In this document: piece by piece, positions 1 through 9,209 of the stretch
How positions within the stretch are numbered: position 1 is the stretch's first letter
Layout of the letters: each line of letters starts with the position of its first letter
Assembly (NCBI GenBank): GCA_043821365.1
Contig: JBDRCX010000003.1
Span: 1 to 64,000 of the forward strand
Length of the DNA: 64,000 nucleotides
Direction: 5' to 3'
From: Candidatus Micrarchaeota archaeon
GTDB lineage: Archaea; Micrarchaeota; Micrarchaeia; Anstonellales; Bilamarchaeaceae
The notes under the pieces: model-generated
The model's input: the letters and a program-made list of their open reading frames with translations, nothing else
Databases searched by the model: none
Told to the model about the DNA's origin: nothing
Program-made: the position numbers and the translations under genes

Positions 1-81
1 GTGGCTGGTGTTACTGAAGTTACAATAAGAAACCGCTACAGAGAACTTAAGAAAGAGCTTGGGTTGAAAGTTAACCTTTGA
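1..81 (+). CDS. tfb: Transcription initiation factor IIB, C-terminal fragment (runs off window start)
   Basis: Frame 1 reads VAGVTEVTIRNRYRELKKELGLKVNL*, matching the TFB C-terminal helix motif VTEVTIRNRY. Confidence 0.9.
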   Translation: MAGVTEVTIRNRYRELKKELGLKVNL

Positions 82-99
82 AATCTCTAAGATTTCAAA
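77..99. repeat. TTGA...TCAA hairpin overlapping the tfb stop
   Basis: tttgaaatct-cta-agatttcaaa, perfect 10-bp inverted repeat. Confidence 0.8.
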
Positions 100-209
100 T
101 TTTACCAATTTTATTGGCAAATATATAATTTTTTTATTTTATAATTTATTTTTGAAAAGTTTCTTATTCTTAAAATTTCGAAAAGAAACAACATTTCGCT
201 CTCAATTCC

Positions 210-219
210 TTTATAAATA
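210..219 (+). promoter_or_regulatory. Putative TATA box for the rps17-spc operon
   Basis: tttataaata about 175 bp upstream of the rps17 start; position and consensus only. Confidence 0.4.
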
Positions 220-394
220 TATGTATCCTAATTACACCTGCTAATATTTAGCTAGTCAGACTGCTCTTTCTAAGAGTAAATGGCTGAGGATGGTAAACAC
301 CCCAAGACTCATTATCCTGGGATTTGCTATTTCACATAATAAAATGGTTCTGCAATTACACTCTAAGAGGTGGGACCATAGTCGGTGATATCCA

Positions 395-691
395 ATGGTA
401 GATAAATGTGATGATAAGAAATGCTTCAAACATGGTGGAGTTAAGTTAAGGGGCGAAATCCTAAATGGGAAAGTAGTCAGTACAAAGGGAAAACGTACTG
501 TTGTTGTTGAAAGAACTCAGACTCAATATTTCTCAAAATACAGAAAATGGGCAAGAGGAACTTCAAGAATTGCAGCACACAATCCATTATGTATTAATGC
601 CCAAGTAGGGGATATGGTTGATCTTGCCGAGACAAGAAAATTAAGTAAGACAAAAGCATGGACAGTTACTTCTATTTCGAAAGGTGAATGA
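395..691 (+). CDS. rps17: 30S ribosomal protein S17 (uS17)
   Basis: CDDKKCFKHG, GKVVS, AHNPLCINAQVGD, ETRKLSKTK motifs; RBS ggtga upstream. Confidence 0.96.
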   Translation: MVDKCDDKKCFKHGGVKLRGEILNGKVVSTKGKRTVVVERTQTQYFSKYRKWARGTSRIAAHNPLCINAQVGDMVDLAETRKLSKTKAWTVTSISKGE

Positions 692-1092
692 TCATGAAAG
701 GTCTGACAAGTAATATAACAAAAACAATGACAACCGGAACACTTATGACTTGCACTGATAATAGCGGTGCAAAGATGGTCTATGTAATTAGTGCCCTTCG
801 TTACAAAGGTACTAGGGGTAGAGGGCCACAACTTGGCATTGGTGATGTTGTTATTGCATCAGTGAGAAAAGGAAAGCCAGATATGGTAAAGAAAGTAGTC
901 AAAGCTCTCATAGTAAGGCAAAAAAAAGAATTCAGGAGAGCAAATGGCCAGAGACTTGCGTTCGAAGATAATGCAGCTGTTTTGGTGAATGACGATTTTC
1001 TTCCAGTTGGTACTGAAATTAAAGGAGTAGTTGCAAGGGAAATCGCAGAGAGATTTCCAAAAGTAGCTGCCATCTCTGCAGGGGTTGTTTAA
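688..1092 (+). CDS. rpl14: 50S ribosomal protein L14 (uL14)
   Basis: CTDNSGAK, IVRQKKEFRRANG, FEDNAAVL, GTEIKGVVARE. Confidence 0.97.
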   Translation: MIMKGLTSNITKTMTTGTLMTCTDNSGAKMVYVISALRYKGTRGRGPQLGIGDVVIASVRKGKPDMVKKVVKALIVRQKKEFRRANGQRLAFEDNAAVLVNDDFLPVGTEIKGVVAREIAERFPKVAAISAGVV

Positions 1093-1623
1093 ATGAAATC
1101 TGATACTGAAAGAAAAAGATTTTACACGGAAAAACTTCATAAGAAAAAGAATAGGCTACATGTTCATCTTTCAAAAGAACTAAGAAGCAAACTCAAAGTA
1201 AAGAAAAGAGCATTGCTTGTTCGTAAAGGGGACACTGTTCGAATTATGCGGGGTCCTGGAAAAGGAAAAGAAGCAAAGATCGGAAATGTGAGTGTTGTAA
1301 AAAAACTTGTTTTCCTAGAAGGCATTGTTGCAACAACAGCAAAAGGAAAGGAAGTTCCGCTTGCAGTCCAACCATCAAATATCCTGCTAATTTCTCTTGA
1401 ATCTACACCTGAGCGAAAACAAATCTTTAGTGAAGAAGCATTCAAGAAAAAGGAAATTAAAAAACCAGAAACAAAGCCAGAAGGAACTAAAACTGGAACA
1501 ACATCAGAAACAAAAACTGAAGTAAAATCAGAAGAAACTAAAACCCCAGCTACACCAGTATCAAAATCCGAACCACCTAAGAGCGAAACAGCTCCTAAGG
1601 TAGAATCTACTAAAGTTAGGTGA
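1093..1623 (+). CDS. rpl24: 50S ribosomal protein L24 (uL24) with long low-complexity C-terminal tail
   Basis: HLSKELR, VRKGDTVRIMRG, QPSNILLISL; position in the spc operon. Confidence 0.95.
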   Translation: MKSDTERKRFYTEKLHKKKNRLHVHLSKELRSKLKVKKRALLVRKGDTVRIMRGPGKGKEAKIGNVSVVKKLVFLEGIVATTAKGKEVPLAVQPSNILLISLESTPERKQIFSEEAFKKKEIKKPETKPEGTKTGTTSETKTEVKSEETKTPATPVSKSEPPKSETAPKVESTKVR

Positions 1624-1627
1624 TCAT

Positions 1628-2341
1628 ATGGCAAAAAGAGGAGGAACAAAACATTTGAAGAGGATTGCTTCACCAAAGGCAGTTCCAGTTCATAATAGAA
1701 AAGAAACAACTTGGATGATAAAAGCAATTGGCGGTCCACACAAGAAAAAACATGCAATTCCATTGGGTGTTTTAGTAAGAGATGTAATGAAAATCGCAAC
1801 AACTCTAAGAGAAGTTAGGAGAGTGTTGTCAAATAGGCTGGTTCTTGTTGATGGGAGTGTAAGAACTGATGAAAAATTTCCAGTTGGTTTGATGGATGTT
1901 GTTTCATTCAAAAAATCTGAAAAGAACTACCGTGTGGTTGTTGACAGGAAGGGAAGATTGGTTCCAATTGAAATCAACAAAGAAAAAGCAGAAATGAAAA
2001 TCTGTAGAGTTGTTAAGAAACATACTATCACAGGTGGCAAATTAAATTTCACTTTCCATGATGGTAAAAACCTAATTGGAGATAACCACGTAAGTGTTGG
2101 TGATAGCGTTCTAATATCGATTCCAGATGGCAAAATGAAAACTCATTTGAAAAGGGAGAAAGGTTCAAGATGCCTTATTATGGAAGGTACACACGCAGGA
2201 AAAATTGTTACTTTGAAAGATATTGTTGAAAGAAAGGGTGGCAAACCATCTGAGGCACACGTACTTGAAAATGATGAAGAATTCATCACAGTTGCAAAAT
2301 ACCTTTTCGTTGTTGATGAGAATTTCAAGGGTGAAAGCTAA
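1628..2341 (+). CDS. rps4e: 30S ribosomal protein S4e
   Basis: KHLKRIASP, GPHKKKHAIPL, VDGSVRTDEKFPVGLMDVV. Confidence 0.96.
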   Translation: MAKRGGTKHLKRIASPKAVPVHNRKETTWMIKAIGGPHKKKHAIPLGVLVRDVMKIATTLREVRRVLSNRLVLVDGSVRTDEKFPVGLMDVVSFKKSEKNYRVVVDRKGRLVPIEINKEKAEMKICRVVKKHTITGGKLNFTFHDGKNLIGDNHVSVGDSVLISIPDGKMKTHLKREKGSRCLIMEGTHAGKIVTLKDIVERKGGKPSEAHVLENDEEFITVAKYLFVVDENFKGES

Positions 2342-2853
2342 TGTCAGATAATAAAATGAGAGAAATACTTATAGATAAAGTTACAGTAAACATCGGTGTT
2401 GGCACACCTGGCGATAAGCTCGAACAGGCAAAATCCCTACTAAACAGACTTACGGAAGGTACACCAGTAGAAACACATGCACGTAGAAGAGATCCAGTAT
2501 TCAAATTAAGAAAAGGTCTTCCAATTGGTGCAAAAGTTACTTTACGTGGAGATTCAGCAAAGACATTTTTAGAAAAAGCACTTAGTGCAAAAAGACGCCA
2601 ACTTAAGTCATCAAATTTTGACAGGCAAGGAAATTTTGCATTCGGTATTCATGAGTACATTGATTTTCCAGGTGCCAAATATGATCCAGCAATTGAAATG
2701 TTTGGGTTTGATATTTGTGTATCATTAGCAAGAAAAGGCAGAAGGGTCGCGATAAGAAAGCTCAGGCCTGCAAAAATTGGCAAGCACCATCGCGTTACCA
2801 AGGACGAAGCAATGGATTTTGCTAAAACCAGTCTTAATGTAAAAATCGAGTGA
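2341..2853 (+). CDS. rpl5: 50S ribosomal protein L5 (uL5)
   Basis: [41 protein letters not shown]. Confidence 0.97.
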   Translation: MSDNKMREILIDKVTVNIGVGTPGDKLEQAKSLLNRLTEGTPVETHARRRDPVFKLRKGLPIGAKVTLRGDSAKTFLEKALSAKRRQLKSSNFDRQGNFAFGIHEYIDFPGAKYDPAIEMFGFDICVSLARKGRRVAIRKLRPAKIGKHHRVTKDEAMDFAKTSLNVKIE

Positions 2854-2858
2854 TCTTT

Positions 2859-3023
2859 ATGAAGAAACTTTCAGGTAGTGACAAATTTAAAGGAAAAGGA
2901 AAGCGGGTTTGCCGAAATTGCGGCAACACTAGGGCTTTGATAAGGAAATATCGGCTTTTAGTGTGTAGAAGATGCTTCAGAGAAATGGCTGAAAGCATTG
3001 GTTTCCGCAAATACGGAGGTTGA
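2859..3023 (+). CDS. rps14: 30S ribosomal protein S14 (uS14), not in the ORF track
   Basis: Hand translation [54 protein letters not shown] with CxxC...CRRC zinc motif, between rpl5 and rps8. Confidence 0.96.
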   Translation: MKKLSGSDKFKGKGKRVCRNCGNTRALIRKYRLLVCRRCFREMAESIGFRKYGG

Positions 3024-3027
3024 AAAC

Positions 3028-3411
3028 ATGACAGATCATTTAGCTGATGCTCTTAATACGATAAAGACCCACGAGATAGTTGGTCAGAATGTTTGTACTG
3101 TGAGAGCAACAAAAATAGTTGCAGATATTCTAAAAGTTCTCAAAGAACACAAATATCTTAAGGATTACAAAAAACTAGAGGATGGACGAGGTGGATGGTT
3201 CGAAATCCAGCTTGATGGAAGGATCAATGACTGCGGTGTTATTAAACCAAGAATGCCAGTCAAAAGAAACGAATGGGCAAAAAGGGAACAGGAATTCATC
3301 CCTGGTTTCGGTGTTGGCTTATTGATAGTTTCAACACCAAACGGGATTATGACAAATTCTGAAGCAGAACAAAAGCATGTTGGGGGAAGGCTCCTAGCTT
3401 ACGTGTATTAG
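3028..3411 (+). CDS. rps8: 30S ribosomal protein S8 (uS8)
   Basis: DHLADAL, GRINDCGVIKPR, LIVSTPNGIMT, GGRLLAYVY; start moved to ATG 3028. Confidence 0.96.
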   Translation: MTDHLADALNTIKTHEIVGQNVCTVRATKIVADILKVLKEHKYLKDYKKLEDGRGGWFEIQLDGRINDCGVIKPRMPVKRNEWAKREQEFIPGFGVGLLIVSTPNGIMTNSEAEQKHVGGRLLAYVY

Positions 3412-3420
3412 GTGTTATTT

Positions 3421-3906
3421 ATGGAAATTCCAAATGGTGTAACGATAACTGTTGATGGCCATAAACTAACTGCCAAAGGCCCACAAGGAGAAGTATCAAA
3501 GACTCTTGCAAAAACAGTATCAGTGAAAATAGAAGGAAATAAAATAGACGTTTCTGCTCCTTCTAAAGCACTTCTCGGTACAACCGAATCCATAGTAAGA
3601 AGCATGCTTAAGGGGGTAAGTGAAGGTTATTCAAGAAACTTCAAACTTCTCTATGCACACTTTCCTATTACTATTGAATCAAAAGGAAATGATCTTACTG
3701 TCAAAAATTTCTTAGGGGAAAAACAAGCAAGAAGAACAAAATCAATTGGTGTAACAAAGATCCAGATAAAAGGTCAGAATGTTACCATATCTGGGCCAGA
3801 CAAGGAAGCTGTTGGACAAACAATAGCAAATCTGATCTCAGCCATGAAAATAAAGGATAAAGATGGAAGAATCTTCCAAGATGGTATTTACGAGCTCGAA
3901 GGGTGA
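3421..3906 (+). CDS. rpl6: 50S ribosomal protein L6 (uL6)
   Basis: KGPQGEV, YAHFPI, NFLGEK, GPDKEAVGQT, DGRIFQDGIY. Confidence 0.95.
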   Translation: MEIPNGVTITVDGHKLTAKGPQGEVSKTLAKTVSVKIEGNKIDVSAPSKALLGTTESIVRSMLKGVSEGYSRNFKLLYAHFPITIESKGNDLTVKNFLGEKQARRTKSIGVTKIQIKGQNVTISGPDKEAVGQTIANLISAMKIKDKDGRIFQDGIYELEG

Positions 3907-3911
3907 AAATC

Positions 3912-4346
3912 ATGGTAACTAAAAAGAAAAAACCAAAATTTAATGTAATGAACTTGGGATTCTTCAAGGGTGTCAAAGCCAGATGGAGAAAACCAAGAGG
4001 AACTCACAACAAAAAAAGAATGAAATTCAAATGGGCTGGAGCATTGCCAAATATAGGTTACAAGAATGCTGCTGAGGTAAGAGGTCTAAGAGCAGGTATG
4101 AAGGAAGTTCTTGTAAATAACCTTAGTGAGCTTGAAGGATTGAAAAATGTTCTAGTTAGAATTGCATCTAAAGTTGGTGCAAAAAAAAGAAAAGTACTTG
4201 TTGAAAAGGCAAAAACACTTGGCTTGAAGGTAGTAAATGTCGGTAAAGAACCAAAAAAATTTATGCCAAAAGCCAAACTTAAAGCTCATAAGAGCAAAGC
4301 TGAGGCAAGTAAGCCAACGGCAAACAAAAAAGGTGAACAATCATGA
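3912..4346 (+). CDS. rpl32e: 50S ribosomal protein L32e
   Basis: KKKPKF, WRKPRG, PNIGY, RIASKVGAKKRK. Confidence 0.93.
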   Translation: MVTKKKKPKFNVMNLGFFKGVKARWRKPRGTHNKKRMKFKWAGALPNIGYKNAAEVRGLRAGMKEVLVNNLSELEGLKNVLVRIASKVGAKKRKVLVEKAKTLGLKVVNVGKEPKKFMPKAKLKAHKSKAEASKPTANKKGEQS

Positions 4347-4894
4347 CAATTGCAACTGTCAGAAGACTTGCAGCTGATATATTCAATGTAGGGGAGAATA
4401 AGGTTAAGATAAGCCCTGATGGTATGAAGGAAGCAGAAGGTGCACTTACAAGATCTGATGTCAAGAACCTTATTGAGAAAGGCATCATATCAAAGAAAAA
4501 GAATCTTGGGAGAGCAAGTACCAGAAAGCGCTTCAGAAGAGGTCATGGACACAAGAAAGGCAGCAGCACAATACATAGTAAAGAAGTATGGATGATGAAA
4601 GTCAGATCACAAAGAAAATTACTTAATATGCTTATTTCATCTGGTGCTTTAAACAAAAAAGCAAAAAGGGTTCTTTATGGCAAGGTGAAAAGTGGTATTT
4701 TCAGAAACAAAAAAGCATTTTTGCTTTATTTGAAAGACAATGAATTTATAGCGAAAGATTATGAGCTTGAAAAACCCATCTATGTTCCAAAGAAAACCAA
4801 ACAACCAAAAAAGTTAGGTAAAAAAACGACTGAAGTAAAAAAAGAACCAAAACAAGAGACCAAACCTGAACCAAAGAAAGGTGAAAAACAATGA
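4343..4894 (+). CDS. rpl19e: 50S ribosomal protein L19e
   Basis: RRLAADIFNVGENKVKI, ALTRSDVKNLI, RGHGHKKG, WMMKVRSQR. Confidence 0.93.
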   Translation: MTIATVRRLAADIFNVGENKVKISPDGMKEAEGALTRSDVKNLIEKGIISKKKNLGRASTRKRFRRGHGHKKGSSTIHSKEVWMMKVRSQRKLLNMLISSGALNKKAKRVLYGKVKSGIFRNKKAFLLYLKDNEFIAKDYELEKPIYVPKKTKQPKKLGKKTTEVKKEPKQETKPEPKKGEKQ

Positions 4895-4933
4895 CATTGA
4901 AAAATTTCAATAATAAAAAATGGTGATTTTTGT

Positions 4934-5431
4934 ATGACAAAAGCATTAGGTCCTAGTTTCAAAGTATATTACAGAAGGAGAAGGAATGGTAAGACAAATT
5001 TTGCAAAAAGACTAGCACTTGTACGTGGTGAAAAAACCAGAATGGTTGTACGCAGAAGCAACAAAGGTGTTGTAGTTCAATTCATTGATTTTGATCCAAA
5101 AGGAGATAAAACACTTCTAACAGTTAACGGTAGTCATCTTTCTAAAGCATATAACTGGCCATCTAAAAGAAATGTTTGGACTGCCTACCTAACTGGTCTT
5201 ATGGCTGGAAAACTTGCACAGAAAAAAGGAGTAAAAGAATTCATACTTGATATGGGTATGTACACAGCTTCAAAAGGATCGATAATTTTTGCTGCACAAA
5301 AAGGTGCGTTTGATTCTGGTATGAAAGTTGATTATGATAAAGCAAAGATGCCAGAAGAAAAACTTTCAAATCCACCTGATAAATACAAATCCATCTTTGA
5401 AGATGTAAAAAGTAAAATAATGGCAGGTTAA
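4934..5431 (+). CDS. rpl18: 50S ribosomal protein L18 (uL18)
   Basis: YRRRRNGKTNFAKRLAL, RMVVRRSNK, AYLTGLMAG. Confidence 0.93.
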   Translation: MTKALGPSFKVYYRRRRNGKTNFAKRLALVRGEKTRMVVRRSNKGVVVQFIDFDPKGDKTLLTVNGSHLSKAYNWPSKRNVWTAYLTGLMAGKLAQKKGVKEFILDMGMYTASKGSIIFAAQKGAFDSGMKVDYDKAKMPEEKLSNPPDKYKSIFEDVKSKIMAG

Positions 5432-5442
5432 TGGTGATATTA

Positions 5443-6069
5443 ATGGCTGAAAAAATAAAGATTATTGATAAGGAATCTTGGCAACCAAGAACAATCCTTG
5501 GGATGAAAGTCAAAAATGGTGAAATAACAACTCTTGAAGAAGTTCTTGAAACTGGAAAACCAATACTTGAACCAGAAATGATTGATGTTCTTTTGCCAGA
5601 TATGGAATCGGAAAATCTCCAAATAAAAACAACTCAAAGGGTTACTGATTCAGGAAAAAGAGCAAAATTCCGTGTTGTTTCTGTCATTGGAGATAGAAAA
5701 GGACATGTTGGTCTTGGGGTTGGGAAAAGTGATGAGCTTAAACCAGCTATAGATTATGCAGTTAGGGATGCAAAAAAACACATGATATCAATTAGAACTG
5801 GATGTGGAAGTTGGGAGTGTAAATGTGCATTCCAGCATTCTGTTCCTTCAAAGACAAGTGGTAAAGAGGGCAGTACAATAATCACATTAAAACCAGCACC
5901 AAGAGGACTTGGTCTGGCTGGTAATGAAATTGTTAGAAAAGTTCTTGGTATTGCTGGTGTAAAAGATGTTTGGAGCTCTATGCAGGGCGGTAAAAACATT
6001 TACAACATGGCAGTTGCAACTGTTAAGGCTCTTGATGGTCTGAACACATTAAAACCAAGTGCAGAATGA
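5443..6069 (+). CDS. rps5: 30S ribosomal protein S5 (uS5)
   Basis: WQPRTILG, QRVTDSG, GCGSWEC, PAPRGLGL. Confidence 0.96.
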   Translation: MAEKIKIIDKESWQPRTILGMKVKNGEITTLEEVLETGKPILEPEMIDVLLPDMESENLQIKTTQRVTDSGKRAKFRVVSVIGDRKGHVGLGVGKSDELKPAIDYAVRDAKKHMISIRTGCGSWECKCAFQHSVPSKTSGKEGSTIITLKPAPRGLGLAGNEIVRKVLGIAGVKDVWSSMQGGKNIYNMAVATVKALDGLNTLKPSAE

Positions 6070-6079
6070 GGGATTTATC

Positions 6080-6511
6080 ATGAAAATCGCAGTATTACGT
6101 ATAAGGGGGGTAAGGAAAATCAACCCTAAAATAAAAAAGACATTTGAACTTCTTCGTCTTGAAAGACCAAACCATTGTGTCTTGGTGAACGATTCTCCCC
6201 AGACCTTGGGTATGCTATCTGTAGTGAAAGACTACGTAACTTATGGTCCTGTTGATGAGCAAACAATCAAAGTTCTGTTATACAAGCGCGGCAGAAAAGG
6301 AGCTGCATTATTACGATCTTTGCTAAAAGAAGAAGAAATCACTGATGCTGCAAAAAGTATATTTGCAGGTAAGAAAACTTTGGATTATGCAAATCCTGTA
6401 TTCAGACTAAATCCGCCTTCAAAAGGGCACAAAAACATAAAAACAAATTATCCAGCTGGGTCACTTGGAAAAAGAGAGGATATGGGTCCAATTCTAAGAA
6501 AAATGATGTGA
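6080..6511 (+). CDS. rpl30: 50S ribosomal protein L30 (uL30)
   Basis: IAVLRIRG, LRLERPNHCV, KDYVTYG, FRLNPPSKG. Confidence 0.95.
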   Translation: MKIAVLRIRGVRKINPKIKKTFELLRLERPNHCVLVNDSPQTLGMLSVVKDYVTYGPVDEQTIKVLLYKRGRKGAALLRSLLKEEEITDAAKSIFAGKKTLDYANPVFRLNPPSKGHKNIKTNYPAGSLGKREDMGPILRKMM

Positions 6512-6515
6512 TCAT

Positions 6516-6944
6516 ATGAAAAGACAAAAAAGACAAAAAAGTAGTTATCTTGGTCATAGAACTCACGGTCGTGGAAATATAAAAAATAGAAGAGGCAGTG
6601 GTAACCGTGGTGGGCGTGGTATGGCTGGTGCATGTAAGCACAAAAACAGCTGGATTGCTAAATATGCACCTGGCTACTTTGGTAAAACTGGGTTTGTATG
6701 CCCAGTAAAAAAAACAGTTCATGCAGTAAATCTTTACGAAATAAATCAACAAGCACTTTTAGACAAACTTGAGAAAAAAGATGGTAAATATTGCTTTGAA
6801 TTTAATGGAAAAATTCTAGCAACAGGAAAGGTTACTGTTCCTTTGAGTATAAAAGCACTTAATTGGAGCAAAAACGTTGAGAAAAAACTTAGTGAAGCTG
6901 GCGGACAAATCGCAAAGATTGAAGTCAAAGGGAAATCTTCTTAA
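6516..6944 (+). CDS. rpl15: 50S ribosomal protein L15 (uL15)
   Basis: GHRTHGRG, RRGSGNRGGRGMAG, GYFGKTGF. Confidence 0.95.
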   Translation: MKRQKRQKSSYLGHRTHGRGNIKNRRGSGNRGGRGMAGACKHKNSWIAKYAPGYFGKTGFVCPVKKTVHAVNLYEINQQALLDKLEKKDGKYCFEFNGKILATGKVTVPLSIKALNWSKNVEKKLSEAGGQIAKIEVKGKSS

Positions 6945-7018
6945 TTTTTTTATATTAAAAATTAAGGAAAAAACAAAAAGGTTTATAAAAATTAAACGGA
7001 AACAAATAGCTGATTCTA

Positions 7019-8575
7019 ATGGGCTTAATGGACATATTGCATAAGATTGCTGGTTTTTTACCTGAAATAAAAACCCCTGCAAAACCTTTAGGTACTAAGG
7101 ATCGATTGATATGGACTGGCGTGGTCCTTGTATTATACTTTATGATGTATGAGACCACGGCATTTGGTGTTCAAATCAGCGATACTGCCGCAATTGATTT
7201 TCTTCAAACAATTACTGCATCTCGTACTGGTAGTTTACTAACTACAGGTATAGGTCCCATAGTCCTTGCGAGCATATTTCTGCAATTATTTTCTGGTGCA
7301 GGTATTATCAACATAAACATGCGTGATAAAAAAGACCGTGCTAAATTTCTTGAAACGCAAAAAATACTTGCAATCACTCTTGCACTTGTTGAAGCAATTG
7401 TGTTTGTGGTTTTTACTCACATGGTTCCAGTTCAACCTATTTTCTCCAGTCTTGGTGAAGGGATTATTACAGATCCAGTTACTGGTGTCCAAAGTTTATA
7501 TGCTCCATATACCATGGCACTTGTTGTTATCCAGATAATGTTAGGTTCAGTGCTTGTTTTATTCTTAGACGAGATTGTAACGAAATACGGAATTGGTAGT
7601 GGTATAAGTTTATTTATCGCAGCTGGTGTTTCGTTAGCAGTTTTCATAGGTGTCGTACATATAGTTTTCGATGCACCAAATGGGTTTATTGCAATGATGA
7701 GCGAGGGTGGTGCAGAAGCACTTCCAAATGCCATTTTGACCCTGCTGCCGTTTGTATTTACAATCTTAGTGTTCCTTGCCGTTGTTTATGCAGAGTCATT
7801 AAAGGTTGAAATTCCTATTGCATTTGAACGTGTTAGGGGTATGGTCCCAAACTTGCCGCTTAAATTCTTCTATGTGTCTAATATCCCTGTTATTTTTGCA
7901 AGTGCTCTTATCATTAATATGCAGCTTTTCTCAGGTGGATTACTAACAGGTGCATATTGGTCCAAATCTCCTGTTGATGGTACAACAACTGCAGTTGCAC
8001 AATATGAAGATCTTCTAGAAACAAGACATTATGACTTTGATCGTGATGGTTTCTTACCATTGATTGGTTATACCACTGCTGATGGAAGGCTTACTGATGG
8101 TCTTCTATATCTATTCACTCCACTGTATGGTCTTGGGCAGGGGACACAATATTATTCATTATTAGCTACCACATCAACTCCTTTCCTAGGAATTCCTGAA
8201 TGGGTGCATGCAATTGTATATATTTTAATGCTATCTCTTGTTTCTGTTGTCTTTGGTTTATTTTGGGTAGAGACATCTAACATGGATGCAAAAAGTGTTG
8301 CTGCCCAGCTTTCAGAATCAGGTTTACAAATTCCTGGTTTTAGGAGAGATCCAAGAATGCTTGAAACTATATTGAATAAACATATTTTCCCGCTTACAGT
8401 TATGGGTTCTTTTTGTGTTGGTCTTCTTGCTGGACTTGCTGATCTAACTGGAGCTTTAGGTACAGGAACTGGTATATTGCTTACTGTTGGTATATTGCAT
8501 AGAATGTATGAACAGCTAGAACAAATGAGAACCTTTGAAATGTATCCAAGCTTTAGTAAGCTTCTCGGAGAATGA
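7019..8575 (+). CDS. secY: Preprotein translocase subunit SecY
   Basis: GIGPIV, DEIVTKYGIGSGISLFIA, YVSNIPVIF, QIPGFRRDPR, GTGILLTVGI. Confidence 0.97.
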   Translation: MGLMDILHKIAGFLPEIKTPAKPLGTKDRLIWTGVVLVLYFMMYETTAFGVQISDTAAIDFLQTITASRTGSLLTTGIGPIVLASIFLQLFSGAGIININMRDKKDRAKFLETQKILAITLALVEAIVFVVFTHMVPVQPIFSSLGEGIITDPVTGVQSLYAPYTMALVVIQIMLGSVLVLFLDEIVTKYGIGSGISLFIAAGVSLAVFIGVVHIVFDAPNGFIAMMSEGGAEALPNAILTLLPFVFTILVFLAVVYAESLKVEIPIAFERVRGMVPNLPLKFFYVSNIPVIFASALIINMQLFSGGLLTGAYWSKSPVDGTTTAVAQYEDLLETRHYDFDRDGFLPLIGYTTADGRLTDGLLYLFTPLYGLGQGTQYYSLLATTSTPFLGIPEWVHAIVYILMLSLVSVVFGLFWVETSNMDAKSVAAQLSESGLQIPGFRRDPRMLETILNKHIFPLTVMGSFCVGLLAGLADLTGALGTGTGILLTVGILHRMYEQLEQMRTFEMYPSFSKLLGE

Positions 8576-8678
8576 AATTAAATCTCCCTAAGAATACTGA
8601 TTCAGATCTAGGAAATAATTCTTTTTTAATTTCGTAATAGATTAAAATACTTCTTCATACGTTAACTTTGGTAATACT

Positions 8679-9209
8679 ATGATAATTGTTATGGGACTTC
8701 CAGGTGCAGGAAAAACGACTGTTCTAAAAGGATTGAAAACAGATTACAGGATACTTAATTACGGAGACTTAATGCTTGAAATAGAAAAAGAGCATTTTGG
8801 TGTAAAAGATAGGGATGATATGAGAAAACTCCCTATTGAGAAACAGAAACAGGCACAGAAAATGGTTTATGAAAAATTATCCCAAGAACAGGGTAAATTT
8901 ATACTAGATACCCATTGCTCAGTCAACACTCCAAAAGGTTTTTTCCCTGGATTGCCATTTGATTATTTGAAGATGTTAAAAGTTGATGCCGTTGTTTTAA
9001 TAACAGCAGATCCTAAAGAAGTTGCAAAAAGAAGAGCATCTGATCCAACAAGAAAACGTGATGCTGATGACATTTTCTTACATGACAACCTAAACAAATC
9101 ATATTTGGCAGCTTACAGTGCATTTACTGGAGCCCCAGCAATTGTTATTCTCAATCAACAAGGCAAATTAGAAGAAGCAGTTGCTAGATTACAATCTATA
9201 CTCGTCTGA
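8679..9209 (+). CDS. adkA: Archaeal adenylate kinase
   Basis: GLPGAGKTT P-loop, DRDDMRKL, DTH, GFFPGLP; follows secY. Confidence 0.93.
   Translation: MIIVMGLPGAGKTTVLKGLKTDYRILNYGDLMLEIEKEHFGVKDRDDMRKLPIEKQKQAQKMVYEKLSQEQGKFILDTHCSVNTPKGFFPGLPFDYLKMLKVDAVVLITADPKEVAKRRASDPTRKRDADDIFLHDNLNKSYLAAYSAFTGAPAIVILNQQGKLEEAVARLQSILV

Noticed and set aside
278-385. tRNA-Met-like gene (ccaaga-CTCATTA-tcctgg)
   Set aside because: No consistent acceptor stem, D-stem or T-arm could be built; position 37 would be a pyrimidine.
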